Source: an uncultured Clostridium sp.
GTDB lineage: Bacteria; Bacillota; Clostridia; TANB77; CAG-508
DNA length: 63,943 nucleotides
Reading direction: 5' to 3'
Assembly (NCBI GenBank): GCA_945877035.1
Contig: CAMCQH010000006.1
Coordinates: 1 to 63,943, forward strand
Part shown: positions 52,150-62,500 of the stretch, piece by piece
Position numbering within the stretch: position 1 is the first letter of the stretch
Layout: the number at the start of each line of letters is the position of its first letter
Position numbers and translations under genes: made by a program
The notes under the pieces: model-generated
The model's input: only the letters and a program-made list of their open reading frames with translations
What the model was told of the DNA's origin: nothing
Databases searched by the model: none

Positions 52150-54750
52150 ATGCCAGAAAATAATGAGGAAGAAAAAATACAAAAGATGATAAATGACTTA
52201 GTAAAAAAAGCTAAAAAAGCATCTGAAGAATATATGAAATTAAATCAAGAACAAATAGACAATATAGTAAAAGCAATGTCAATGGCAGGATTAGAACATC
52301 ATATGGAACTTGCAAAAATGGCAGTAGAAGAAACAGGAAGAGGAATATACGAAGATAAAATAACAAAGAACATGTTTGCAACAGAATATGTATATCACAG
52401 CATAAAATATGAAAAAACAGTTGGTGTAATAAATGAAAATGATGAAGAAGATTATGTGGAAATAGCAGAACCAGTAGGAATAATAGCAGGAGTAACACCT
52501 GTAACAAACCCAACATCAACAACAATGTTCAAATCAATAATCTCAGCAAAAACAAGAAATGTTATAATATTTGGATTCCATCCATCTGCACAAAAATGTA
52601 GTACAGAGGCCGCAAGAATTTTAAGAGATGCAGCAGTAGCTGCAGGTGCACCAGAAAACTGCATATTATGGGTAGAAGAGCCATCAATTACAGCTACAAG
52701 ATTATTAATGAATCATCCAGATGTCAATTTAATATTAGCAACAGGGGGAACAGGAATGGTACGTAGTGCTTATTCATGTGGAAAACCAGCATTAGGAGTA
52801 GGACCGGGAAATGTACCATGTTATATTGATAAAACTGCAAAATTAAAAACATCTGTAAATGATTTAGTATTATCAAAAGCTTTTGATAATGGAATGATAT
52901 GCGCATCTGAACAAGCAGTTTTAGTTGATAAAGATATTTATCAAGAATTTGAAAAATTAATGAGAGAAGCTGGATGTTATTTTGTAAATCCAGAAGAAAA
53001 ACAAAAACTACAAAATTCAATGTTTGAATATACAGAAGAATATGGATATAAATTAAAATCACATGTACCAGGTCAATCACCATATACAATTGCCAAAGAA
53101 GCAGGATTTGAAATACCAGAAGATACAAAAGTAATAGTAGTATATGAAGAAGGAATAGGAAGAGAATATCCATTTTCTAAAGAAAAATTAAGCCCAGTAT
53201 TAACATACTATATTGTTGAAAATGAAGAAGAAGGAATAAATAAAGCTGAAAGATTACTAGAATTTGGAGGACTTGGACATTCAGCAGTAATCCATAGTGC
53301 AAATAATGACACAATTTTAAAATTTTCAGAAACAATGAAAGCAGGAAGAATAATTGTTAACTCTCCATCAACACATGGAGCAATAGGTGATATATACAAT
53401 ACAAATATGCCATCACTAACTTTAGGATGTGGTTCATTTGGCGGAAATTCAACAACAGCAAATGTATCATCAGTAAACTTAATAAATATAAAAAGAGTTG
53501 CGAAAAGGAGAGTTAATATGCAATGGTTTAAAGTTCCAGAAAAAATATATTTTGAAGCAGGTTCAATAGCCTACCTAGAAAAAATGCCAGATATAGAAAG
53601 AGCATTTATAGTAACAGACCAAGGAATGGTCAAATTAGGATATGTAGACAAAGTCTTATATCATTTAAGAAATAGACAAAAATATGTACATTCAGAAATA
53701 TTTAGTGATGTAGAGCCAGACCCATCATTTGATACAATTAAAAAAGGTGTTGAACAAATGAATAATTTCAAACCTGATGTAATTATAGCAATAGGTGGAG
53801 GAAGTCCAATGGATGCCGCAAAAGGTATGTGGTTATTCTATGAACATCCAGATGCTGATATCGAAGGATTAAAATTAAAATTTATGGATATAAGAAAACG
53901 TACTTATAAATTCCCTAAATTAGGAGAAAAAGCAAAAATGGTAGCAATACCAACAACCTCAGGAACAGGCTCAGAAGTTACTTCATTTGCAGTAATAACA
54001 GATAAAGAAAAAAATAAAAAATATCCATTAGCAGATTATGAATTAACACCAGATGTAGCAATAGTAGACCCAGACCTAGTAATGAGCCTTCCAAAATCAG
54101 TTACAGCAGACACAGGAATGGATGTACTAACACATGCATTAGAAGCATATGTATCAAATATGGCATCAGACTATACAGATGGTTTAGCAGAAAAAGCTGT
54201 TGAATTAGTAATGAATTATTTAGAAATAGCATATAATGATGGAAGTAACAAATTAGCAAGAGAAAAAATGCATAATGCAAGTACAATTGCAGGAATGGCA
54301 TTTACAAATGCATTTTTAGGAGTAAGCCATTCAATAGCTCATAAAATAGGAGCAGAATTCCATATGCCACATGGAAGAATAAATGCAATTTTATTACCAT
54401 ATGTAGTAAAATATAATGGAACAAAACCTACAAAATTTGTATCATTCCCTAAATATGAATATTTTATAGCAGATGAAAAATATAGTCATTTAGCTAAAAA
54501 ATTAGGATTAAAAGCAGATACAGTAGAAGAAGGGGTTAATAGTTTAGTAGAAAGAATTAAACAATTAAATGAAAATCTAGGAATTCCAAAATCATTTAAA
54601 GAAGCAGGAATTGATGAACAAGAATTTTTAGCAAAATTAGATCTTTTAGCTGATAGAGCTTTTGAAGACCAATGCACAACAGCAAATCCAAGAGTTCCAT
54701 TAGTTACAGAGATTAAACAAATTATGCTAGATAGTTATTATGGGAAATAA
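52150..54750 (+). CDS. adhE: Bifunctional acetaldehyde-CoA/alcohol dehydrogenase
   Basis: PVTNPTST, FDNGMICASEQ, GGGSPMDAAK, PTTSGTGSEVT. Confidence 0.96.
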   Translation: MPENNEEEKIQKMINDLVKKAKKASEEYMKLNQEQIDNIVKAMSMAGLEHHMELAKMAVEETGRGIYEDKITKNMFATEYVYHSIKYEKTVGVINENDEEDYVEIAEPVGIIAGVTPVTNPTSTTMFKSIISAKTRNVIIFGFHPSAQKCSTEAARILRDAAVAAGAPENCILWVEEPSITATRLLMNHPDVNLILATGGTGMVRSAYSCGKPALGVGPGNVPCYIDKTAKLKTSVNDLVLSKAFDNGMICASEQAVLVDKDIYQEFEKLMREAGCYFVNPEEKQKLQNSMFEYTEEYGYKLKSHVPGQSPYTIAKEAGFEIPEDTKVIVVYEEGIGREYPFSKEKLSPVLTYYIVENEEEGINKAERLLEFGGLGHSAVIHSANNDTILKFSETMKAGRIIVNSPSTHGAIGDIYNTNMPSLTLGCGSFGGNSTTANVSSVNLINIKRVAKRRVNMQWFKVPEKIYFEAGSIAYLEKMPDIERAFIVTDQGMVKLGYVDKVLYHLRNRQKYVHSEIFSDVEPDPSFDTIKKGVEQMNNFKPDVIIAIGGGSPMDAAKGMWLFYEHPDADIEGLKLKFMDIRKRTYKFPKLGEKAKMVAIPTTSGTGSEVTSFAVITDKEKNKKYPLADYELTPDVAIVDPDLVMSLPKSVTADTGMDVLTHALEAYVSNMASDYTDGLAEKAVELVMNYLEIAYNDGSNKLAREKMHNASTIAGMAFTNAFLGVSHSIAHKIGAEFHMPHGRINAILLPYVVKYNGTKPTKFVSFPKYEYFIADEKYSHLAKKLGLKADTVEEGVNSLVERIKQLNENLGIPKSFKEAGIDEQEFLAKLDLLADRAFEDQCTTANPRVPLVTEIKQIMLDSYYGK

Positions 54751-54870
54751 AAAATGGGTCAAAAGGGACGCCCCTTTTTGACCCATTTTTTTCGAAAATT
54801 AAGAAGGATTTATGTAAAACACGTCGAATAATATATTTAAGTACGTTTATTTGAAAGAAAGAGAGGAAAA

Positions 54871-56652
54871 ATGGCAAGATATAGTGAAGAAATAATAAAT
54901 GACATAAGACAATCAAACGATATAGTAGATGTAATATCACAATATGTGCACTTAAAAAGAAGCGGAAGAAATTTCTTTGGACTATGTCCATTTCACAACG
55001 AAAAATCACCTTCTTTTTCTGTTTCGCCAGATAAACAAATATTTCACTGTTTTGGATGTGGAGTAGGAGGAAATGTAATAACATTCATCTCAAAAATAGA
55101 AGGATTAAACTTTATAGAAACAGTGCAAATGTTAGCAGAAAGAGCAAACATACAATTACCAACACTAGAAAATAGTGGAGACATGCAAAAAGAAATACTA
55201 AAAGACAAAGTATATAAAGTAAATGAATTTACAGCAGAATATTATCATCAAAATTTATATAAACCACAAGCAAAAATAGCACAAGAATATGTTAAAAAAA
55301 GACAACTAAGTAATGAAACATTAAAATCCTTCAGAATAGGATTCTCAGGAAAATTTGATGAGCTATATCAAGAACTAAAAAAACAAGGATTTGGAGAACA
55401 AGAGATATTAGAATCTGGACTAGTAAATAAAAATGACAGAGGACAATATATAGACAGATATAGAAACAGACTAATGTTCCCAATATGTGATGTAAGAGGA
55501 CGAGTTATAGCATTTGGAGGAAGAGTATTAGATGACTCAAAACCAAAATATATTAACTCACCAGAAAATGTAGTATATAGCAAAGGAAGACATCTATTTG
55601 GACTAAATGTTGCCAAAAAAGGAGATACAAAAAAACTATTAATTGTTGAAGGATATATGGATGTAATCTCATTACATCAAAGAGGAATAACAAATGTAGT
55701 AGCTCCACTTGGAACAGCACTTACAGAACAACAAGGATGGTTACTTAGAAAAAATGCAGAACAAATAATTTTAAGTTTTGATTCAGATGAAGCAGGCTTG
55801 AAAGCAAAATTAAGAGCATTAGACATATTGCCTAAAATGGGATGTGATTTGCGTGTGTTACAATTAGAAGGTGCAAAAGACCCAGATGAATATATAGTAA
55901 AATACGGAAATGCACGTTTTAAAAATGTAGTAGACAAAGCGCTTTCAGTAATTGAATTTAGAGTAAAAATATTAAAACAAGATTTAGACTTAGAAAATAC
56001 TAATGATAAAATAAAATTCTTAAATGAAATAGCAAAACTAATTTCACAAATAGATAACACTATTGAAAGAGAAGTATACATAGAAAAAATTGCAAAAGAA
56101 TATGATATTTCAAAAGAAGCAATATATGCAGAAGTAAATAAATTAACATATAAAAATTCTAAAACTGAAAAAATACTAGAAAAACCAAAACCAGTAATAA
56201 CACACAAAAAAGTGGAAAGAAAAGAGGCACCACAAGCAATAAAAAGAAGAGAAAACACAATAATTTCAATATTGCTAAATGGAGATTTATCAATATTTGA
56301 TATTATAAAACAAAACATAAAACCAGAAGATTTTCAAGATGAAGTAAATGCAAATATAGCAAAAAAATTGTATGAAGAATTCGAAAAAGGAAATAGTAAT
56401 ATAAATGGAATAATTGATGAATTAGACCAAGAAGAGCAAAATCAAATAACAATGATAATGGCAGATGACTACGAAATAGACGACCTAGAAAAAGCAATAG
56501 ATGATATAATACAAACTTATCAAAGAGAAAAATTAAATAATAGAAAATTTGAAATTTTAGAACTAATAGAACAAACAACTGACAAAAACCAAAAGAAGGA
56601 ATTAGAAAAAGAATTAAGTAATATTATTATTAGGTTAGCAAGTATTAAATAA
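54871..56652 (+). CDS. dnaG: DNA primase
   Basis: CPFHNEKSPSF...HCFGC, FGGR, KYINSPE, EGYMDV. Confidence 0.96.
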   Translation: MARYSEEIINDIRQSNDIVDVISQYVHLKRSGRNFFGLCPFHNEKSPSFSVSPDKQIFHCFGCGVGGNVITFISKIEGLNFIETVQMLAERANIQLPTLENSGDMQKEILKDKVYKVNEFTAEYYHQNLYKPQAKIAQEYVKKRQLSNETLKSFRIGFSGKFDELYQELKKQGFGEQEILESGLVNKNDRGQYIDRYRNRLMFPICDVRGRVIAFGGRVLDDSKPKYINSPENVVYSKGRHLFGLNVAKKGDTKKLLIVEGYMDVISLHQRGITNVVAPLGTALTEQQGWLLRKNAEQIILSFDSDEAGLKAKLRALDILPKMGCDLRVLQLEGAKDPDEYIVKYGNARFKNVVDKALSVIEFRVKILKQDLDLENTNDKIKFLNEIAKLISQIDNTIEREVYIEKIAKEYDISKEAIYAEVNKLTYKNSKTEKILEKPKPVITHKKVERKEAPQAIKRRENTIISILLNGDLSIFDIIKQNIKPEDFQDEVNANIAKKLYEEFEKGNSNINGIIDELDQEEQNQITMIMADDYEIDDLEKAIDDIIQTYQREKLNNRKFEILELIEQTTDKNQKKELEKELSNIIIRLASIK

Positions 56653-56767
56653 AATGTTACAGGTTAGTATAGTGTAAAATTCGCCGTTCCAAATGTTGAT
56701 ATATTAAAATTTGGAACTACTATATAAAACTATAATATAAAATATTTAAGGAAGGAATGTAAATATT

Positions 56768-58114
56768 ATGGCCAAGAAAAAAGAAGAAAATGTAGAAGAA
56801 ACAAAAATTGAAGAAAAAACAAAAACAAAAGAAATAAATAAAAAAGAAAATAAAAAGGCAGAAGCAAAAGAAACAGATAAAAAAGAAAGCAAAAAAGCAG
56901 AAGCAAAAGAAACAGATAAAAACGAAAATAAAAAAGCAGAAGCAAAAGAAACAGATAAAAAAGAAAATAAAAAAACAGAAGCAAAAGCAACAGACAAAAA
57001 AGAAAGCAAAAAAGCAGAAACAGAAGATACAGATAAAAAAGATACAGAAAAAATAAACGATATAATAAAAGAAGCAAAACAAAATGGAAAAATGACATAT
57101 GGAGATTTGGCAACAAAATTAAATGATGTAAATCCAGAAAAAATGGATGAAGTATTTGACGAATTTGAAAAAGGTGGAATAGATTTACTACCAGACGATT
57201 TTGATGAAGAACCAGACATTGAAGACTTAAAAGAAGTAGAAAATTTAAAACTAGATGAAATAACAGACACGAGCTTTGAAGGAATTAGTGTAGATGACCC
57301 AGTTAGAATGTATTTAAGAGAAATTGGAAAAATACCACTTTTAACATTTGATGAAGAACTTGATTTAGCTCAAAGAATACTAGATGGAGATGAAGAAGCA
57401 AAACAAAAATTAGCAGAATCAAACTTAAGACTTGTTGTAAGTATAGCAAAAAAATATGTTGGAAGAGGAATGCTATTCTTAGATTTAATACAAGAAGGAA
57501 ACATGGGATTAATAAAAGCTGTAGAAAAATTTGATTACACAAAAGGCTTCAAATTCAGTACTTATGCAACATGGTGGATAAGACAAGCAATAACAAGAGC
57601 AATAGCTGACCAAGCAAGAACAATAAGAATACCAGTACACATGGTAGAAACAATAAATAAATTAATAAGAACATCAAGAAACTTATTGCAACAATTAGGA
57701 AGAGAACCAAGTCCAGAAGAAATAGCAAAAGAAATGGAAATCCCAGTTGAAAAAGTAGTAGAAATACAAAAAATTGCACAAGACCCAGTATCATTAGAAA
57801 CACCAATTGGAGAAGAAGAAGACAGCCATTTAGGAGACTTTATTCAAGATGAAGACAGCCCAGCACCACATGATGCTGCATCATATACATTATTAAAAGA
57901 ACAACTAGAAGAAGTGATGAATACATTAACACCAAGAGAAGCAAAAGTTTTAAGATTAAGATTTGGTCTAGATGACGGAAAATCAAGAACACTTGAAGAA
58001 GTAGGAAAAGAATTTAATGTAACACGTGAAAGAATTAGACAAATAGAAGCAAAAGCATTGAGAAAGTTAAGACATCCATCACGTTCTAAAAAATTAAGAG
58101 ATTATATGGGGTAA
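56768..58114 (+). CDS. rpoD: Primary sigma factor SigA with charged N-terminal repeats
   Basis: [53 protein letters not shown]. Confidence 0.96.
   Translation: MAKKKEENVEETKIEEKTKTKEINKKENKKAEAKETDKKESKKAEAKETDKNENKKAEAKETDKKENKKTEAKATDKKESKKAETEDTDKKDTEKINDIIKEAKQNGKMTYGDLATKLNDVNPEKMDEVFDEFEKGGIDLLPDDFDEEPDIEDLKEVENLKLDEITDTSFEGISVDDPVRMYLREIGKIPLLTFDEELDLAQRILDGDEEAKQKLAESNLRLVVSIAKKYVGRGMLFLDLIQEGNMGLIKAVEKFDYTKGFKFSTYATWWIRQAITRAIADQARTIRIPVHMVETINKLIRTSRNLLQQLGREPSPEEIAKEMEIPVEKVVEIQKIAQDPVSLETPIGEEEDSHLGDFIQDEDSPAPHDAASYTLLKEQLEEVMNTLTPREAKVLRLRFGLDDGKSRTLEEVGKEFNVTRERIRQIEAKALRKLRHPSRSKKLRDYMG
56840..57034 (+). repeat. Five 39-bp in-frame tandem repeats in rpoD
   Basis: [13 protein letters not shown] / [13 protein letters not shown] / [13 protein letters not shown] / [13 protein letters not shown] / [13 protein letters not shown]. 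Confidence 0.9.
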
Positions 58115-58209
58115 GAAGTTAGAAGTTAGAGGTTAGAAGTCAGAGGTTGGAGGTTAGAGGTTAGAGGTTAGAAATTCTATTTCACCAACCTCCACTTCAC
58201 CAACTTCCA
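58114..58209. repeat. Intergenic heptamer tandem/inverted repeat
   Basis: About eight AGA(A/G)GTT-type units then CCAACCT/CCAACTT units. Confidence 0.8.
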
Positions 58210-58230
58210 TTAATTACGTAGGAGGAAATA

Positions 58231-59313
58231 ATGGAAAATATAAAAAATTTTATAGAAGCAATAAAATCAATACAAATGAACCAAGTAATAGATATTGTAA
58301 TAGCAATTTTGGTATATATTCTATTTAGATGTTTAAGCAAAAGTCTTGCATATATTACAGTAAAAATTTTTAAACCAAAATCTAAAAATAAAAAAGAAAT
58401 AAGAAATAATGCATTTTATAAACCATTAAAAACATTTTATGTTATATTAGGACTTTACTTAGCAATATTATTAATTAGAAAACCATTAGAAATAAATGCA
58501 TGGATAAACTCTTTGACAGATAAATTATTTAAAATATCAATAATAATATTAGCCGCAAATGGAATAGCAAACAGTTTAACAACTAATAATAAAAGCATTA
58601 ACAGACTAAAAGAAAGAATGAATCCAGAAGTAGAAGATTCAATGTTTAAGTTTATTCTAAAAGCAATTAGAATAATAATATATGTAATAGCAGGTTTTAT
58701 GATCACAACAGAATTAGGATTTAATCTAAATGGACTAGTCGCAGGATTAGGAATAGGAAGTGTTGTCATAACACTTGCAGCACAAGATACAGCTAAAAAT
58801 CTATTTGGTGGACTAGTAATATTTTTAGACAAACCATTTATAGTAGGGGACTGGATACAAGTTGACAAATATGAAGGAACAGTAGAAGACATCACATTTA
58901 GAAGTACAAGAGTAAGAACATTTGAAAACTCAGTTGTAAATATACCAAATGCAGTAATTGCCAATGACTCAATAATTAATTGGAGCAGAATGGAAAAAAG
59001 AAGAAATAAAGTTAATTTATGTTTGGAACTAGACACACCACTAGAAAAAGTACAAAAAGTTCAACAAAGAATTAAAGAAATGTTGAAACAGCATGATGAT
59101 GTAATTGATGACACAATTATAGTGAGATTTGATAACATAACAGATAATGGAATTAATTTATTAGTTTGTAGTTATACCAATTCAGTTGATTATGCAAGTT
59201 TTCTAGAAGAAAAAGAAAAAATTAATTTAAAAATAATGCAAATACTAAAAGAAGAAAATGTAGAACTAGCATATGATACAAAAACTATATTTGTGAAAAA
59301 AGAAAATAATTGA
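58231..59313 (+). CDS. MscS family mechanosensitive channel
   Basis: AGLGIG...AAQDTAKNLFGG...KPFIVGDWI...GTVEDITFRSTRVRT. Confidence 0.92.
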   Translation: MENIKNFIEAIKSIQMNQVIDIVIAILVYILFRCLSKSLAYITVKIFKPKSKNKKEIRNNAFYKPLKTFYVILGLYLAILLIRKPLEINAWINSLTDKLFKISIIILAANGIANSLTTNNKSINRLKERMNPEVEDSMFKFILKAIRIIIYVIAGFMITTELGFNLNGLVAGLGIGSVVITLAAQDTAKNLFGGLVIFLDKPFIVGDWIQVDKYEGTVEDITFRSTRVRTFENSVVNIPNAVIANDSIINWSRMEKRRNKVNLCLELDTPLEKVQKVQQRIKEMLKQHDDVIDDTIIVRFDNITDNGINLLVCSYTNSVDYASFLEEKEKINLKIMQILKEENVELAYDTKTIFVKKENN

Positions 59314-59371
59314 GCAATATAAAAAAGAGTCAAGGCTGACTCTTTTTTTGAGGATAAATGTTATAATTGTT

Positions 59372-59578
59372 TTACTTCCAAAGTAACGGCAAAAGCTTGT
59401 AAATAAAATAAAACAAAAAGCCGCCATCAATTACTAAAAAGATGAGAAAAGATAGAATTAATACATCCGTTCTCCATCCTGAAGTTTCGTTAAGCCGTGC
59501 TTCTATTTTTTTAACCAACTGTATTGCCAAAAGAAGCAGAACTACACAAATGATAACACCTATAAAATATTTAAACAA
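59372..59578 (-). CDS. Small two-TM hypothetical protein
   Basis: GGAGG RBS with TTG at 59578; contains an apparently ordinary in-frame CGG at 59497-59495. Confidence 0.5.
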   Translation of the reverse strand: MFKYFIGVIICVVLLLLAIQLVKKIEARLNETSGWRTDVLILSFLIFLVIDGGFLFYFIYKLLPLLWK

Positions 59579-59842
59579 TATTCTAACCTCCTGCCTAAGA
59601 AAAAACATTTTTGCAGTTACTACTATAGAATATCATATTTTTAAAATTATGTAAAGGGAAAATATTGATTTAAAAATATTTATATAGTAAAATAAAATCA
59701 ACATTTGTTCACAAATAAGACACAAAAATATATTAAAATAAAAAAGGTTATAGATTTCCATAAAATATAAATAAACATTAAGGTGAAGAAGGTTGAAAAA
59801 TAATTACAATTTTTCCAACCGGATTTGTGCCTTTAGGAAGGA

Positions 59843-60529
59843 ATGAAATTAAAAATGAATAATTATATTTTAGTCGTAGACGATGAATCAAGAATGAGAA
59901 AATTAATAAAAGACTTCCTAGCAGCAAAAGGATATAGCATATTAGAGGCCGAAGATGGAGAAAAGGCCTTACAAGTATTTGAAGAAAATTCAGAAAAAAT
60001 CAGTCTAATACTATTAGATGTAATGATGCCAAAATTAGATGGATGGTCTGTATTAAGACAAATAAGACAAAGCTCAAAAGTTCCAATAATAATGCTAACA
60101 GCAAGAGGAGAAGAACAAGATGAATTATTTGGATTTGAACTAGGTGTAGATGAATACATATCAAAACCATTTAGTCCTAAAATACTAGTAGCAAGAGTAG
60201 AAGCAATATTAAAAAGAACACAAGGTAATACAAAAGAAATAAAGGACTGTGGAGGCATAGAAATAGACAAAGAAGGAAGAACAGTTACTGTTGATGGAAA
60301 AATGCTAGAACTTAGCCTAAGAGAATACGAATTATTAGTATATTTAGTAGAAAATGAAAATATAGCACTTTCAAGAGATAAAATACTAAATAATGTATGG
60401 AATTATGACTATTATGGAGATTCAAGAACAATAGACAGTCATATAAAAAAAATAAGACATAAATTGGGAAAAAAAGGAAAGTATATAAAAACAATAAGAG
60501 GGGTAGGATACAAATTTGAAGTTAAATAA
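59843..60529 (+). CDS. OmpR/PhoB family response regulator
   Basis: ILVVDDE, LLDVMMP, KPFSP, RTIDSHIKKIRHKL. Confidence 0.92.
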   Translation: MKLKMNNYILVVDDESRMRKLIKDFLAAKGYSILEAEDGEKALQVFEENSEKISLILLDVMMPKLDGWSVLRQIRQSSKVPIIMLTARGEEQDELFGFELGVDEYISKPFSPKILVARVEAILKRTQGNTKEIKDCGGIEIDKEGRTVTVDGKMLELSLREYELLVYLVENENIALSRDKILNNVWNYDYYGDSRTIDSHIKKIRHKLGKKGKYIKTIRGVGYKFEVK

Positions 60530-62021
60530 AGAAATAAAAGAAACACTTTCATCAGTAAAAGTAAAATTATTTTTCACATTAAGTTTAACAGTATTATTGA
60601 TAATTATATTTTTAATAATAGTAAATAACTTTCTATTAGAAAATTTCTACTTATACAGCAAGCAAAAAACACTAAAATCAGTATATGAAACAATAAACAA
60701 CTATTATTTAAATCCATTACAAGACACAAATATAGAAACAGAACTAGAAAAAATATCAGTAAAAAATAATTTTGACATATTAATAAAAGATAATAATGGT
60801 ATTAATGTTTATACAACTAATAAAAGCTTTACATCTGTTATAGGGACAATTAATGATATTATTGATAAATTTAATGAGGGAAAAGAAATAGAATCAAATG
60901 ACAAATTTTCAATTAGAAAGCAAAGAGACTTTAAAAATGGAATATCATATATAATGCTTTCAGGAAAATTAGACAATGGGTATTATTTATATATACGCAT
61001 ACCAGTATCATCAATACAAGACAGTGTTAAAATATCAAATAATTTTTTACTATTAATGGCAGGATTTACTATATTGATAGCATCAATAATGGTCTCAATA
61101 GTATCTAAAAAATTCACAGAGCCTATAATGGAATTGAACAATATAGCAAAAAGAATGTCAAATTTAGACTTCAGCAAAAAATATGAAGTAACAAATGCAA
61201 AAGATGAAATAAATGAACTAGGAAAAAGTATAAATACAATGTCAGATAAATTGGAAAAAACAATACAACAATTAAGAAATAGCAACATTGAACTTGAAAG
61301 AGACATTGAAGAAAAATCAAAATTAGATGAAATGAGAACAAGTTTTATATCAGATGTATCACACGAATTAAAAACTCCAATAGCTTTGATACAAGGATAT
61401 AGTGAAGGATTACTTGAAAATGTAAACACAGATGAAGAAAGTAGAAAATTCTATGCAGAAGTAATTTTGGATGAATCAAACAAAATGGATAGACTAGTAA
61501 AACAATTGTTAGAACTAATGAAACTAGAATACGGAAAAAGGGAATTTAATGATAAAGAATTCAATATTGTAGAAGTTGAACAAGAAGTTATTAGAAAATC
61601 TAAAGTTATGCTAGAAGAAAACAACATTCAAGTAGAATGGCAAAACACAGATGAAATCAATGTTTTTGCAGATGATTTTTATATTGAACAAGTAATAACA
61701 AATTATATTACAAATGCAATTAAAAATTCAAAACCAACAACTAATGACAAAAAAATTATAAAAATAGAAAATGAAATCGATAATGAAAACAATAAAGTTC
61801 GTGTAAAAGTATTCAACACAGGTGATAATATTAAAGAAGAAGACCTAAACCGTATTTGGAATAGATTTTACAAAGTAGATGAATCTAGAAATAGAGAGGA
61901 TGGAGGAACTGGAATTGGTTTATCTTTTGTAAAGGCAATTATGAATAATTATGGCAATAATTATGGTGTTGTTAATAAAGAAGATGGAGTTGAGTTTTAT
62001 TTTGAATTAGATTTGAAATAA
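60516..62021 (+). CDS. HAMP-domain sensor histidine kinase
   Basis: Two TMs, HAMP, SHELKTP, NAIK, RFYKVDESR, GTGIGL. Confidence 0.93.
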   Translation: MKLNKEIKETLSSVKVKLFFTLSLTVLLIIIFLIIVNNFLLENFYLYSKQKTLKSVYETINNYYLNPLQDTNIETELEKISVKNNFDILIKDNNGINVYTTNKSFTSVIGTINDIIDKFNEGKEIESNDKFSIRKQRDFKNGISYIMLSGKLDNGYYLYIRIPVSSIQDSVKISNNFLLLMAGFTILIASIMVSIVSKKFTEPIMELNNIAKRMSNLDFSKKYEVTNAKDEINELGKSINTMSDKLEKTIQQLRNSNIELERDIEEKSKLDEMRTSFISDVSHELKTPIALIQGYSEGLLENVNTDEESRKFYAEVILDESNKMDRLVKQLLELMKLEYGKREFNDKEFNIVEVEQEVIRKSKVMLEENNIQVEWQNTDEINVFADDFYIEQVITNYITNAIKNSKPTTNDKKIIKIENEIDNENNKVRVKVFNTGDNIKEEDLNRIWNRFYKVDESRNREDGGTGIGLSFVKAIMNNYGNNYGVVNKEDGVEFYFELDLK

Positions 62022-62129
62022 TGTCCAATGTCCAAAAGGGACGGTTCTTTTTGGACATTTTGTCCATTTGGGACAGATCTTATTATTAGATATTAAAAAA
62101 GTGAGACGTTTGAAAAAGACAAAGGTGTC

Positions 62130-62345
62130 TCACTTTTTATATGGTTTTATTTCATTCGTTCTATATAATAGATAATCAGTACTAGTGTCATAGAAGTCTG
62201 CCAATTTAGAAAGAATTTCTAATGGTATGCTTCTTTTATTTATTTCATAATAAGAATATGCTACTTGTGAAATATTTAAGTATTGACTTACTTCTTTTTG
62301 TGTTAAATCTCTATCTTCTCTTAAATCTTTAATTCTTGTTTTCAT
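62130..62345 (-). CDS. XRE family HTH regulator (cassette 4)
   Basis: RIKDLREDRDLTQKEVSQYLNISQVAYSYYE...YDTSTDYLL. Confidence 0.9.
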   Translation of the reverse strand: MKTRIKDLREDRDLTQKEVSQYLNISQVAYSYYEINKRSIPLEILSKLADFYDTSTDYLLYRTNEIKPYKK

Positions 62346-62382
62346 ACAAAAATTCTCCTTAACGCATGTTAACACAAAAATT

Positions 62383-62434
62383 ATAGAATAAAACGAATTG
62401 TTATATTAATATTTAAAACAATGTGTTTTAAAAC
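62383..62434. promoter_or_regulatory. Divergent control region with two operators (cassette 4)
   Basis: Perfect IR TTTAAAACA-ATG-TGTTTTAAA at 62412-62432; degenerate TAAAACG-AAT-TGTTATA at 62389-62405. Confidence 0.7.
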
Positions 62435-62500
62435 ATAAAATATGAAGAAATATAAGTTAAAATGTAAGTAAATTGTATATAACAAAGGAGGAAAATATAA

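Noticed and set aside
59495-59497. In-frame CGG in the small reverse ORF as a fourth recoding site
   Set aside because: The zero frame continues into a plausible TM helix while the +1 frame stops within ~12 codons; kept as a counter-example
909-61429. Many Leu/Phe-rich antisense ORFs in the ORF track
   Set aside because: Shadow frames of A-rich sense genes; they lack RBS or motifs and overlap confident CDSs
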